The position numbers and the translations under genes are program-made. From Candidatus Aenigmatarchaeota archaeon (lineage in GTDB: Archaea; EX4484-52), in assembly GCA_023137195.1 (NCBI GenBank), contig JAGLPV010000041.1:1-15795 (forward strand): DNA of 15,795 nucleotides, read 5' to 3'. Within the stretch, counting starts at the first letter, position 1. Every line of letters begins with the position of its first letter. The notes beneath the pieces were generated by a model. That model did not search any database. It worked only from the letters and a program-made list of their open reading frames with translations, and had not been told where the DNA came from. Below, piece by piece: positions 1 through 8,420 of the stretch.

Positions 1-1319
1 GCATACCATTTGAACCAGTTTTCAACGAGCGTAGTTTTACCGTTAGCAGCAAATAATTCTTTTTTTATGTCCAGTGTAACATCAACAGATTTACGGATAG
101 CTGCCTGACCAAAGCATGAAAAAAACCTTTTGACTATCAAATCATATATTTTTTCTTCCCTCTGGCTTAATCCCGGTTTCATTAATTCCCCTGTGGGATG
201 AATTGCCGGATGCGCAGGGTCGTCCTTTTTCCCGTTATTTGGCTGGAGTTTCGTTTTCAGCACTTCATTTGCAAGTGCAGTATATCCCGTATTCTTTGCA
301 AGATTGTTTAATATATTAGCAAATCCAAGTTTTGGATCGAGTTTTTGCGAACTTGTCCTTGGGTAACTAATAAGTGCTGCCTCGTACAATTTCTGTGCAT
401 GCTCCTGGCATTCTTTCGGTGTAATCTTAAATAATTTGTATGCCTCCATCTGGAGGTCTGATAAATTAAATGGCGTCGGAGGATTTACTTTATACTCTTT
501 TTCCCTTAAATCATCCACTATCGCAGTCTTTTCTCCTTTCACTATCTCAAAAATGTTTTTTGCTTTTTCTCCGTCAAATATCTTATTAGCTTTGTGCATT
601 GCCTTGAACAAAGCCTTTTCTTTTTCGCAGTCTGCCTGTATCTGCCAGAAAGGTTCTGGGACAAATGCCTGTATTTCTTTTTCTCTCTTTGCTAAAAAGT
701 AAAGTGCAGGTCCCTGTACGCGTCCTGCTGAAAGTACCTTGTATTTTCCCTTGGCTTTCAAGGACAAAGTTAACGCCCGGCTTAGATTAATACCGAAGTA
801 AAAATCCAGGACATGCCTTGTTGTGCCTGCCATTGCAAGACCCATGTTTACTGAAGGGTCTGCGTTCTCGTAAGAATCAACCAGTTCTTTTTTAGTAAGG
901 GTTGAAAATTTCATTCTTTTTGCTTTATCTTTTTTGCAACCGTATTTTAGGATTGTGTAGCCGATTGTCTCTCCTTCAATGTCATAGTCGCATGCAATCA
1001 CGATATTGCCGGCTTTTTTCGACAAAAAAACAATATTGGAAAGGTATTTTTTAGCATAGGCGGCATTCTTGCTTGTCTTGTAAGTGGGCATCCATTCAAC
1101 GTCAAAAACAGGGTAAGTCCATTGCTTTTGGCTCTCTACTGTCGTAACGCCAAAAAGATGACCTACGGCGGGAGCGACTATAATTTCTTCTCCGTTGTGG
1201 GTCAATTTAAAATAAGAAATTGAATTCTTCCTCTGGGGCGAAATGCCCTTGTCAGCAAGCGCAGATGCGATTTTTTTTGCCGCAGAAGGTTTTTCTGCGA
1301 TTATCAGAGAATATGACAT
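1..1319 (-). CDS. topA: DNA topoisomerase IA (archaeal topoisomerase I/III); 5' part only, continues beyond the left window edge
   Basis: Not in the ORF track because it has no stop inside the window. Manual translation from ATG at 1319 gives MSYSLIIAEKPSAAKKIA (TOPRIM), GHLF, ACDYDIEGETIG, SAGRVQGPAL and LYEAALISYPRT, with the catalytic Tyr codon at 363-365. Confidence 0.96.
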   Translation of the reverse strand, partial: MSYSLIIAEKPSAAKKIASALADKGISPQRKNSISYFKLTHNGEEIIVAPAVGHLFGVTTVESQKQWTYPVFDVEWMPTYKTSKNAAYAKKYLSNIVFLSKKAGNIVIACDYDIEGETIGYTILKYGCKKDKAKRMKFSTLTKKELVDSYENADPSVNMGLAMAGTTRHVLDFYFGINLSRALTLSLKAKGKYKVLSAGRVQGPALYFLAKREKEIQAFVPEPFWQIQADCEKEKALFKAMHKANKIFDGEKAKNIFEIVKGEKTAIVDDLREKEYKVNPPTPFNLSDLQMEAYKLFKITPKECQEHAQKLYEAALISYPRTSSQKLDPKLGFANILNNLAKNTGYTALANEVLKTKLQPNNGKKDDPAHPAIHPTGELMKPGLSQREEKIYDLIVKRFFSCFGQAAIRKSVDVTLDIKKELFAANGKTTLVENWFKWY

Positions 1320-1341
1320 AAGACTATAGATTTTAATTAAT

Positions 1342-1349
1342 TTTATAAA
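1342..1349 (-). promoter_or_regulatory. Putative archaeal TATA box for topA (probably leaderless mRNA)
   Basis: TTTATAAA ends 22 nt upstream of the topA ATG with no Shine-Dalgarno in between. The same motif and spacing occur upstream of map. Confidence 0.55.
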
Positions 1350-1415
1350 TATAAATGGTTTATATAACTATAAGAATAAATAATTTATTGGTATAAAATA
1401 TAAAAGGTTATTATT

Positions 1416-1886
1416 ATGGCAGCAGACGCTCAAATAAAAGAAGATGAAGACTTTAATGAAGATTACGTAGAAAATGAATCAATGCCGGGGAAAGAAGAAG
1501 AAATGCCCGATGACGAGCCGTTTAACCCGGAAGCAGAGCAATATGAGGATGAAATTCCAAAAACATACTCTGATGAGGATATGTTAGATTTATCTTCTTC
1601 TGTACCCGAAACCGTTGAAGCAGAAAAACCAGAACCCAAAAAAGAGCAGGACAGACCTTATTCAAGACTTGGCGGACCATTATTCATAAGCGTGCCGAAA
1701 TACCAGAATGTAGGTAAAAAGATATCTACAATGAAAAGAAAAATAAGTGCCCTGAAGGGAGGCTTGTCTGATATAAAGGACTTGAGAAACAGGAGTACAA
1801 AGGTTCTTTCAGATGTCTTGGACGACCTGGAAGTTGTCGAGGAAAATATCAGGGAAATCAATGATGTTTTAAAAGTAAAATCATAA
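1416..1886 (+). CDS. Hypothetical protein: acidic low-complexity N-terminus and C-terminal coiled coil
   Basis: 156-aa ORF. About 75 N-terminal residues are rich in E/D/P, followed by PLFISVPKY and heptad-like helices. It is the first gene of a + strand run, with AAAGG before the ATG. Confidence 0.8.
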   Translation: MAADAQIKEDEDFNEDYVENESMPGKEEEMPDDEPFNPEAEQYEDEIPKTYSDEDMLDLSSSVPETVEAEKPEPKKEQDRPYSRLGGPLFISVPKYQNVGKKISTMKRKISALKGGLSDIKDLRNRSTKVLSDVLDDLEVVEENIREINDVLKVKS

Positions 1887-1898
1887 AAACGAGTTATT

Positions 1899-2294
1899 AT
1901 GGCAGATCAAATAGAAGCAAAGCATATAAAGAAAGGAACTTACATTATGGCGGACGGTGCGCCCTCAATCGCCAGTACAAATGATATTTCAAGACCGGGA
2001 AAGCATGGACACGCAAAATGCAGGATGACAGCAACAGGAATTATCGACAATAAAAAAAGAGTTTTGATTGCCCCGGGAGAGTTGAAATTTGATTTAGTTA
2101 GTGTCGATAAAAGAAGCGGTCAGGTAGTATCAATAAACGAGGACATCACACAATTGATGGATGTTGCCTCCTACGAGATGGTTGATGCGATTAAAGCAGA
2201 GGACTTCAAGGACTCTGTTGCAGAAGGCGAAAATGTTGAATACTGGGTTGTCTGCGACAAAAATGTAATCAAGGGAAAAGCAAAAAGCAAATGA
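1899..2294 (+). CDS. eif5a: Translation factor a/eIF-5A
   Basis: 131 aa with the hypusination motif SRPGKHGHAK (Lys35), and C-terminal QLMD..SYE typical of aIF5A. Confidence 0.96.
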   Translation: MADQIEAKHIKKGTYIMADGAPSIASTNDISRPGKHGHAKCRMTATGIIDNKKRVLIAPGELKFDLVSVDKRSGQVVSINEDITQLMDVASYEMVDAIKAEDFKDSVAEGENVEYWVVCDKNVIKGKAKSK

Positions 2295-3040
2295 GCGAAT
2301 ACAATAAGATAGCAAACTATATTAAAGATTCTGATTTTGTAATTGAATTGGTGGATGCAAGATGTCCTTTTCTCTATCACATCCCGCAATTGCCAATATT
2401 TTCTGAGAAGTTCGATAAAGAATTTCTTGTTGTTATAACAAAATGCGAATTAATACCATCCGGACATAAAAAAACCATTGCAAAAAAATTCAATGAACGC
2501 AATATTAATGTCTTTTTTGTCTCTGCAAAGAAAAGAGACGGCATCCTGAGACTTGCTTCTTTATTAAAGTCAAGAGCAAAGGACAGGCAAATAAGCGTAA
2601 TTCTTTTTGGTCTTCCCAATGCAGGGAAATCAACGCTCGCAAATGCTCTTATTTCAAAACACAGTGCGGGGACTTCTCCTGTGCCTGGTCACACCAGGGG
2701 TATTCAGTTCCTGAAGATGTCAAAAAACGTAATGCTCCATGATACAAAAGGAATAACAAATATAAAGAAGTACAGCGAACTGGAGTCTGCGTTGTTTTCA
2801 AAAAACCCGGAAAATGTATTTTTTCTCGTGGAAAAGCTTCTGGAAGCCAATAATGGGAATTTAGACCAATATGGCGTAGATTTGCCATCATGCAAAAAAG
2901 AGGCGGAGTTGTTTCTCGAAAAGTTTGCAAAAGAAAAGAATTTTATATTTCAAAATAATATTATTGATATACACAGGGCAAAAGGAAAAATAATATCAGA
3001 CTGGCACAAGGGAAAACTGACTGGTTGGTGGATTGATTAA
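2291..3040 (+). CDS. Circularly permuted ribosome-biogenesis GTPase, RbgA/YlqF family
   Basis: DAR motif (VDARCP), G4-like TKCE placed before G1 GLPNAGKS, G2 PGHTRGIQ and G3 DTKG. ATGA overlap with eIF5A. Confidence 0.9.
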   Translation: MSEYNKIANYIKDSDFVIELVDARCPFLYHIPQLPIFSEKFDKEFLVVITKCELIPSGHKKTIAKKFNERNINVFFVSAKKRDGILRLASLLKSRAKDRQISVILFGLPNAGKSTLANALISKHSAGTSPVPGHTRGIQFLKMSKNVMLHDTKGITNIKKYSELESALFSKNPENVFFLVEKLLEANNGNLDQYGVDLPSCKKEAELFLEKFAKEKNFIFQNNIIDIHRAKGKIISDWHKGKLTGWWID

Positions 3041-3041
3041 G

Positions 3042-3701
3042 ATGAGGAAAACAAAACGAAAAGGCATAGGTGGTTTTGTAATCTTGATGATATATTCTGT
3101 AGTTACGACTTTTTCCGTCCTTGTCATATTTTATACATATGTATCTACACTGGATAATATTGCTGCCACCGCAAGTCATGGAGAAAATATAACGCATAGT
3201 GCAATGCTTGATTTTACTATGCTTAATACTAATTTTATAAATAAAGGGAATGTGTCCTCTAAGACATTGGTGTGTGCTAAAAATACGTTTCTTCCAATAA
3301 AATATGTTATGGGGATTGGTCTTTTGAAAGGATCCCCTAATACATTTAATGTTGGTTATAGAGGACATCAGGAAACTGTAGAAATGGAGTCATGCATGTC
3401 TCCGTTTTTTACTTCTCTTGGTTATATTCTGGAAGTTATAAATGCGATCATTAATTTTATAGCGCCAGCAGCCAGCCATATATTTTTGTTTACTCCCCTG
3501 GATATAATTCCACAAGTAGGACAGGCAGAGACCTATGTGAGTTATTTGGGAACTCAGCATTATAATACCCCTGGAATAATAGCTACTTTCTGGAAGTTTA
3601 CCATACCGAATAATATGAAAATTAAACATCCAAAAACAACCTATGCCTACATAACCCTTCCGAACGAGGAAATAGCAACTGTTGTTACAAAAACAAACTG
3701 A
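3042..3701 (+). CDS. Hypothetical secreted or membrane protein with a class III (type IV pilin-like) signal peptide
   Basis: From ATG 3042 (ORF track start 3033): MRKTKRKG followed by a hydrophobic stretch (IGGFVILMIYSVVTTFSVLVIFYTYV). A second hydrophobic or amphipathic segment lies mid-protein. Confidence 0.65.
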   Translation: MRKTKRKGIGGFVILMIYSVVTTFSVLVIFYTYVSTLDNIAATASHGENITHSAMLDFTMLNTNFINKGNVSSKTLVCAKNTFLPIKYVMGIGLLKGSPNTFNVGYRGHQETVEMESCMSPFFTSLGYILEVINAIINFIAPAASHIFLFTPLDIIPQVGQAETYVSYLGTQHYNTPGIIATFWKFTIPNNMKIKHPKTTYAYITLPNEEIATVVTKTN

Positions 3702-3703
3702 TT

Positions 3704-4357
3704 TTAAAAATCAAAGATATTTTTTTGCTTGATATTTTGCACAGTCTTCCACTTAGTTCTTACTTCTTCCGGCATTTTTTTGAACTTTTCAAAATAATGC
3801 TTCAGAAAAAGTATAGTTATTTTATCTGCCGGGTATCCACTTCCTACAACAAAGCCCATTTTAGAGTATTTTTCGTTGATTTTTTCAATGTAGCTGTCTC
3901 TTGTGACTTTAGCAACAATGGATGCTGCAGACACTATTTTGTAGGTGCTGTCTGCCTTAAATTCAATAAAGAATTTTTTGTCGGTATTTGCTTTTTTGAT
4001 GAAATCTTCCCTGAAATTCTTTTTGACTGAAAAACAGTCGATGTAAACTTCATCTGTATTAGAGGAAGATACTATATTCAATGCGCATTTTTCTTCAATG
4101 TCATTCAATGAGATATCATCCATTTGCCTGTTTAATTCTGCCGGATGAACAATTTGCATTATGACTTTTGCTTTTATTTTATTTGTTAAAAAGTCATGTA
4201 ACCGTTCTCTTCTTTTTTTCGATAGTTGTTTGGAATCCTTTAGTTGCGACTTTACCTGTTCAAAAATCGCATCGTCTTCATCTACTTCAAAGCCGCACAT
4301 CACCAGCGGACCTATGACACATCCCCGTCCTGCCTCGTCTATCCCCAGAATTTTCAT
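3704..4357 (-). CDS. rnhB: Ribonuclease HII
   Basis: Starts MKILGIDEAGRG; true start is ATG 4357, not 4423. Contains LKDSKQL, KADS, VSAASIVAKVTRD and GSGYPAD, and ends in a PCNA-binding PIP-box-like QKNIFDF. Confidence 0.97.
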   Translation of the reverse strand: MKILGIDEAGRGCVIGPLVMCGFEVDEDDAIFEQVKSQLKDSKQLSKKRRERLHDFLTNKIKAKVIMQIVHPAELNRQMDDISLNDIEEKCALNIVSSSNTDEVYIDCFSVKKNFREDFIKKANTDKKFFIEFKADSTYKIVSAASIVAKVTRDSYIEKINEKYSKMGFVVGSGYPADKITILFLKHYFEKFKKMPEEVRTKWKTVQNIKQKNIFDF

Positions 4358-4400
4358 ACCACATATAACTAAAGAAGCAATAAAAACATAACTCTCTATA

Positions 4401-5183
4401 ATGCTTATGAATACAAAAATCAAATTTATTGGGATTGGCGGCGGTAGAAGAGCAATGCTGACGCAGAAAATAAAAACCGGCGGAATTTACATTGAATTAA
4501 ATAAAAACAACATCAACACAAATTTTTTCCTAGACCCGGGGGTTGGAGCATTTACAGGAAGCATAGAACAAAAAATAAAATTCAGTAAAGTTGATGCCCT
4601 GTTGATATCCCACTGCCACACAGACCACATAAATGACGCTCCTGTTATAATAGAAGCAATGACGAACAGTGGCAGGAAAAAAAGAGCGGGACTCTATGCA
4701 TCTAAATTAGCAATAGAATACATCAGCCAATACCACAAAAATTGCTTTGAAACAGTAAAAACAATAAAAACATATGAACAATTCCAAGTAAACAACATAC
4801 AAGTAAATACAACAAAGACAAGCCACACAGAAAAATACAACATCGGATTTATCTTTGATGGAGTTATAGGGTATACCTCCGACACAACTCTTTCAGACAA
4901 AATATCAGAGCAATACAAAAATCTTGATGTATTGATTCTGAATGTCTGCTTTTTCAAGAATCCTTATAAGGGCAGGGATTTTGGATATGGACAGCATCTG
5001 GATGCCTATGATGCAGTCAGGTTCTTAAAAATCGCAAAGCCAAAAACATGCATTCTCTATCACATTGGAGTCAGCATCTTAAATTACGGTTTTGAAAAAA
5101 CAAGAAGATACATACAAATCAACTCCGGCATAAAAACAATTATTCCCACAATAGGAAAAACATATAAATATCAACAAAAATAA
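4401..5183 (+). CDS. Metallo-beta-lactamase-fold hydrolase (archaeal PhnP/RNase Z-like group)
   Basis: HxHxDH motif (SHCHTDH), N-terminal FIGIGGGR, DPG, YTSDT, and later His motifs (QHL, LYH). Start may be ATG 4407. Confidence 0.88.
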   Translation: MLMNTKIKFIGIGGGRRAMLTQKIKTGGIYIELNKNNINTNFFLDPGVGAFTGSIEQKIKFSKVDALLISHCHTDHINDAPVIIEAMTNSGRKKRAGLYASKLAIEYISQYHKNCFETVKTIKTYEQFQVNNIQVNTTKTSHTEKYNIGFIFDGVIGYTSDTTLSDKISEQYKNLDVLILNVCFFKNPYKGRDFGYGQHLDAYDAVRFLKIAKPKTCILYHIGVSILNYGFEKTRRYIQINSGIKTIIPTIGKTYKYQQK

Positions 5184-5188
5184 TATAC

Positions 5189-6076
5189 ATGGATAACTGG
5201 TCGACAAAAAAATTAATCATAGAAAATGCAAGACCTGACGGTGAATCTCTGGTCATACCATATATAAAAATTAAAGGAACAGGACCAAAAATCGCAATTG
5301 TCGGGACACAGCACGGGGATGAATTTTTTTCAATCGCAATAATAAATAAATTCTTAAAATCAAATTTCTCAACAGATGCAGACCTGACAATATTTCCTCT
5401 TGCAAACCCGTCTGCCTTTAATATATCAAACCGAAGAAGTCCTATAGACAACCAGGATATGAACAGGAACTGGTCCGGCAAAAAAGAAGGGACTCTGACA
5501 AGCAGGATGTGCTATCAAATCTTCCGCATCATAAAAAACTGCGACTATGTGCTTGACCTACACAATGCAAATAAAAACATAAGGGATGCACCTCAGCTAA
5601 GGGTGCATGAATCAAACAGGGAAAAAACCCAGAACCTGTGTAAATATCTCGGGATTGATTTTTTTATCAATCACTCGGATGTAAGGCACACTCTTGTAGA
5701 AGAAATGCAAAAACTCAACAAAACTGCTGTCTGCATAGAAATAGGAGAAGGAAAGAGAATAGATTCCTTTTATCTCAATAAAGGGGTGCAGATAATAAAA
5801 AAATTCATATTATATGCAACAGACCCAACTGTAGCAAGAACAAAAACAAAGCACATAGATGAAGAGACTATTAAAAAAATCCATGCTCCAAAAAGCGGTA
5901 TCTTTATCCCAAACGAAAAATTTTTGGGCGAAAAAACAAAAATCATGGGGACTTTCATAAATATAGCTGATTTGAAAGATGAAAAAATCACACTCAAAAA
6001 AGACCACAAGGTTTTGAGTTTGTGCGTGGGTGGCGTTGTATCAAAAGGGGATTTGATTGCAAGGGTTGTTGAATAA
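5189..6076 (+). CDS. Succinylglutamate desuccinylase/aspartoacylase family (M14-like Zn hydrolase)
   Basis: Motifs QHGDE, ANP, RR..DMNR, VLDLH and IEIG, plus a C-terminal biotinyl-like AP..G...GDLIA tail. Confidence 0.88.
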   Translation: MDNWSTKKLIIENARPDGESLVIPYIKIKGTGPKIAIVGTQHGDEFFSIAIINKFLKSNFSTDADLTIFPLANPSAFNISNRRSPIDNQDMNRNWSGKKEGTLTSRMCYQIFRIIKNCDYVLDLHNANKNIRDAPQLRVHESNREKTQNLCKYLGIDFFINHSDVRHTLVEEMQKLNKTAVCIEIGEGKRIDSFYLNKGVQIIKKFILYATDPTVARTKTKHIDEETIKKIHAPKSGIFIPNEKFLGEKTKIMGTFINIADLKDEKITLKKDHKVLSLCVGGVVSKGDLIARVVE

Positions 6077-6078
6077 TA

Positions 6079-7329
6079 TTACAACACTTCTAACTCAAGC
6101 GCATTTTTCTGGGCATTAAAGTCAAGACTGCATATCTTCTTGACTTCTCCTTTTTCTACATAAACAACTGCATGAACTACAGAAGAAATTTTTTTAGTTC
6201 CAATAAACTCAGATAATAATTCAACAGCATGTGTCGGGCTTTTTGCATTTAGAACCCCTATTGTCTTTATTCCACAATCAGCCAGGCGCAGGTATGCATC
6301 AAAATCCTCTCTCTTCACAACAGAATCAAGGACTGCCACCTCAGCATTAGAAATAAGAGCAAGCTCTGCTGTATTTCCTGCGTTGCCTTTGAAAAAAGAA
6401 TACTGTGATATCCCTGGAGGAAGGGTCATATCCCTTAAACTTTCTATTGTCTTTACTGTTTTTTTCATGTCATCAAAATAAAGGGCAATTGCTTGTGAAA
6501 GTGTTGTCTTACCGCTTCTTTTTGTGCCGCAGACGATTATGTTGCTGGATTCATCCTGTATTTTTGCCAATCCTTCTCCTTTGATTTTGTATTGGCTCAA
6601 CACAATAGGTTTGGGAAGAACAGTAATAGTAATTTCTTCCTTCAGACTAAACGGGCGTGAAAACATTGAAATCCGCAGACCCTTGTATTTTACAACCATT
6701 GCATTGTTCTGGTTGCTCAAAAAAAATGCATTTTCGTCATCTCTTACAGCGGTGATAATCTCTTTTTTTATTTCCTCTAGTTTTGCCCGGTCTGGTTTTA
6801 TTTTTGAATCGCAAAATATTTTTGAGTTTTTGATTGTTCCACGTCTTATCAACGGTGCTTTTCCTTCTGTAAAATAAACAGACAAAGTGCCTGTGTCAAT
6901 GTATTTCTCAAAAAACAAACCCTTCTTTCCCTGGTCCAGATGAAGGCATTTAACCCCAAGAGCATCAGCAGACTTGTACTGGACAAAATCACAGGTCACA
7001 AGAATCGCATTTTCTTCTTTTGCAAGGTCTTTTATGAGGGCATCAATTCTGCCTTTTTTCGACAGTTGAATTTCTTCTAATGTGGGTCTCCTGCCGACAA
7101 CAACCACAGCCACCTTTTTCGAATTTGCAAACTTCCTTATCTTCTTTAGCCTCTCCAGACCTTCAACACCTATGGCTCTCCCGGAATTTGCCTGGTTTTC
7201 CATCTCGCTCATGACATACTCAGGGACCAGGATTTCTTCCATCTTGCCGATATTCTCAGCAATGAATGTCTCGACGCTTCCGGACAATATCGCTGAAGTA
7301 TCAAACAAGTATTTATTTTTTGAATCCAT
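6079..7329 (-). CDS. PIN domain and VirB11/PilT-like ATPase (PINA-like), short and with degenerate motifs
   Basis: N-terminal PIN motifs FDTS, E.E.QAN, IDALI and LVTCD. Walker A GTKRSGKTT, VKTIESLRD, Walker-B-like AVLDSV. No C-terminal KH region. Confidence 0.85.
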   Translation of the reverse strand: MDSKNKYLFDTSAILSGSVETFIAENIGKMEEILVPEYVMSEMENQANSGRAIGVEGLERLKKIRKFANSKKVAVVVVGRRPTLEEIQLSKKGRIDALIKDLAKEENAILVTCDFVQYKSADALGVKCLHLDQGKKGLFFEKYIDTGTLSVYFTEGKAPLIRRGTIKNSKIFCDSKIKPDRAKLEEIKKEIITAVRDDENAFFLSNQNNAMVVKYKGLRISMFSRPFSLKEEITITVLPKPIVLSQYKIKGEGLAKIQDESSNIIVCGTKRSGKTTLSQAIALYFDDMKKTVKTIESLRDMTLPPGISQYSFFKGNAGNTAELALISNAEVAVLDSVVKREDFDAYLRLADCGIKTIGVLNAKSPTHAVELLSEFIGTKKISSVVHAVVYVEKGEVKKICSLDFNAQKNALELEVL

Positions 7330-7330
7330 A

Positions 7331-7483
7331 TTAATTTAATATATATAATAAATATAAGACGAAAAAATTGTTAAATATAACGGTAAACCAGTATATTTTT
7401 CTGCGTTTTGTTAAAAATTGGATTATGGAAAGCATGAACAGGACGAAATATATCTTAAAAAATATAGATTGGAATGGCACCAT
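7331..7483 (-). CDS. Putative 50-aa small membrane protein
   Basis: MVPFQSIFFKIYFVLFMLSIIQFLTKRRKIYWFTVIFNNFFVLYLLYILN has two hydrophobic segments around a basic KRRK loop. It starts 7 nt after the map stop and ends 1 nt before the PIN-ATPase ATG. Confidence 0.5.
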   Translation of the reverse strand: MVPFQSIFFKIYFVLFMLSIIQFLTKRRKIYWFTVIFNNFFVLYLLYILN

Positions 7484-7490
7484 AAATAAC

Positions 7491-8369
7491 TCATCTTGTG
7501 GTAACAATAATCTCGTCTTCGTCAACAAATATTGTCTCTTCAAACTGGACAATTTTTGAACCCTCTCTTTCCTTCAGGAAAGGATAAAGATGAAGGCATC
7601 TTGAATCAATCATTCTTTTTGCAGTCAATTGGGATTTCGCTTTTTGTACCAGGTATCTTTTTGAAAATGGCAGTGTCTTTCTTTCCCTGTAAATCTGGTC
7701 CAGTACTTTTCTTGCATTAAAATCTCTTGGGGGAGTTACATTTTCCATGACAGAGAAAATATTGCCGTTGTTTGAGGAGTTTATGTAGCCGTCTCCGTCT
7801 GTTACAAATAGCTCAACTGCGTAAGCTTCGCCCGGCTTCATCGTTCTAGGGTCGTGGTTATTGTAAGAGGGGATCGTCTTACCTCCATGTAGGTTCCATA
7901 CTCTTAACTGGTGTCCTTCAAGGTTTTTTATTAGTTTGTATGGCTTGTTTTTGAAATATTCTTCCAGGAATTTTCCGATCTGACCAAATTCAATATTTGG
8001 TTTTATGTATTCTAAAACTGCTTCAAGAGCAGATTTGCATAAGTTTGTCATTTCTTCATATTCTGGGTTAAAGCATACCGTGTATGCGGAATCTGATAAA
8101 TAGCCGTCCCTGCTCAACAGACCGAAATCTACTTTTACGACGTCATCTTTGGTTAGGATTGTTTTGTCGTTTAAATCAGAACTGTAATGTACTATGTTGT
8201 TTAGCTGGAGTTCTACAGGGAATGCGAGCATTGCGTCTTGTTCGTGTATATCTTTCTCTATTTTTTCTGTGATTTCCAGCAATGTTTTTCCTTCTTTTAC
8301 ATATTGCCTGCTTTTTTCTTTTACGATTGCATGTTTCTTTCCGATGTTGATGCAGTCCTGTTTTGCCAT
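7491..8369 (-). CDS. map: Methionine aminopeptidase type II
   Basis: Motifs AFPV, HY, VKVDFG, SDSAYT, GHQL...LHGG, AVELF and QFEETI, with the type II helical insertion (TLPFSKRYL). Confidence 0.96.
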   Translation of the reverse strand: MAKQDCINIGKKHAIVKEKSRQYVKEGKTLLEITEKIEKDIHEQDAMLAFPVELQLNNIVHYSSDLNDKTILTKDDVVKVDFGLLSRDGYLSDSAYTVCFNPEYEEMTNLCKSALEAVLEYIKPNIEFGQIGKFLEEYFKNKPYKLIKNLEGHQLRVWNLHGGKTIPSYNNHDPRTMKPGEAYAVELFVTDGDGYINSSNNGNIFSVMENVTPPRDFNARKVLDQIYRERKTLPFSKRYLVQKAKSQLTAKRMIDSRCLHLYPFLKEREGSKIVQFEETIFVDEDEIIVTTR

Positions 8370-8391
8370 GAAGATATAAATAAGAAAGATT

Positions 8392-8399
8392 TTTATAAA
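8392..8399 (-). promoter_or_regulatory. Putative TATA box for map (probably leaderless mRNA)
   Basis: TTTATAAA ends 22 nt upstream of ATG 8369, with no SD. The geometry matches the topA site. Confidence 0.55.
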
Positions 8400-8420
8400 T
8401 TGTATTGATGTTTAGGATTA

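Noticed and set aside
8370-8420. Integration (att) scar that would mark the his operon as a tRNA-targeted island
   Set aside because: No duplicate of the tRNA end and no integrase are visible, and the operon lies 5' of the tRNA.
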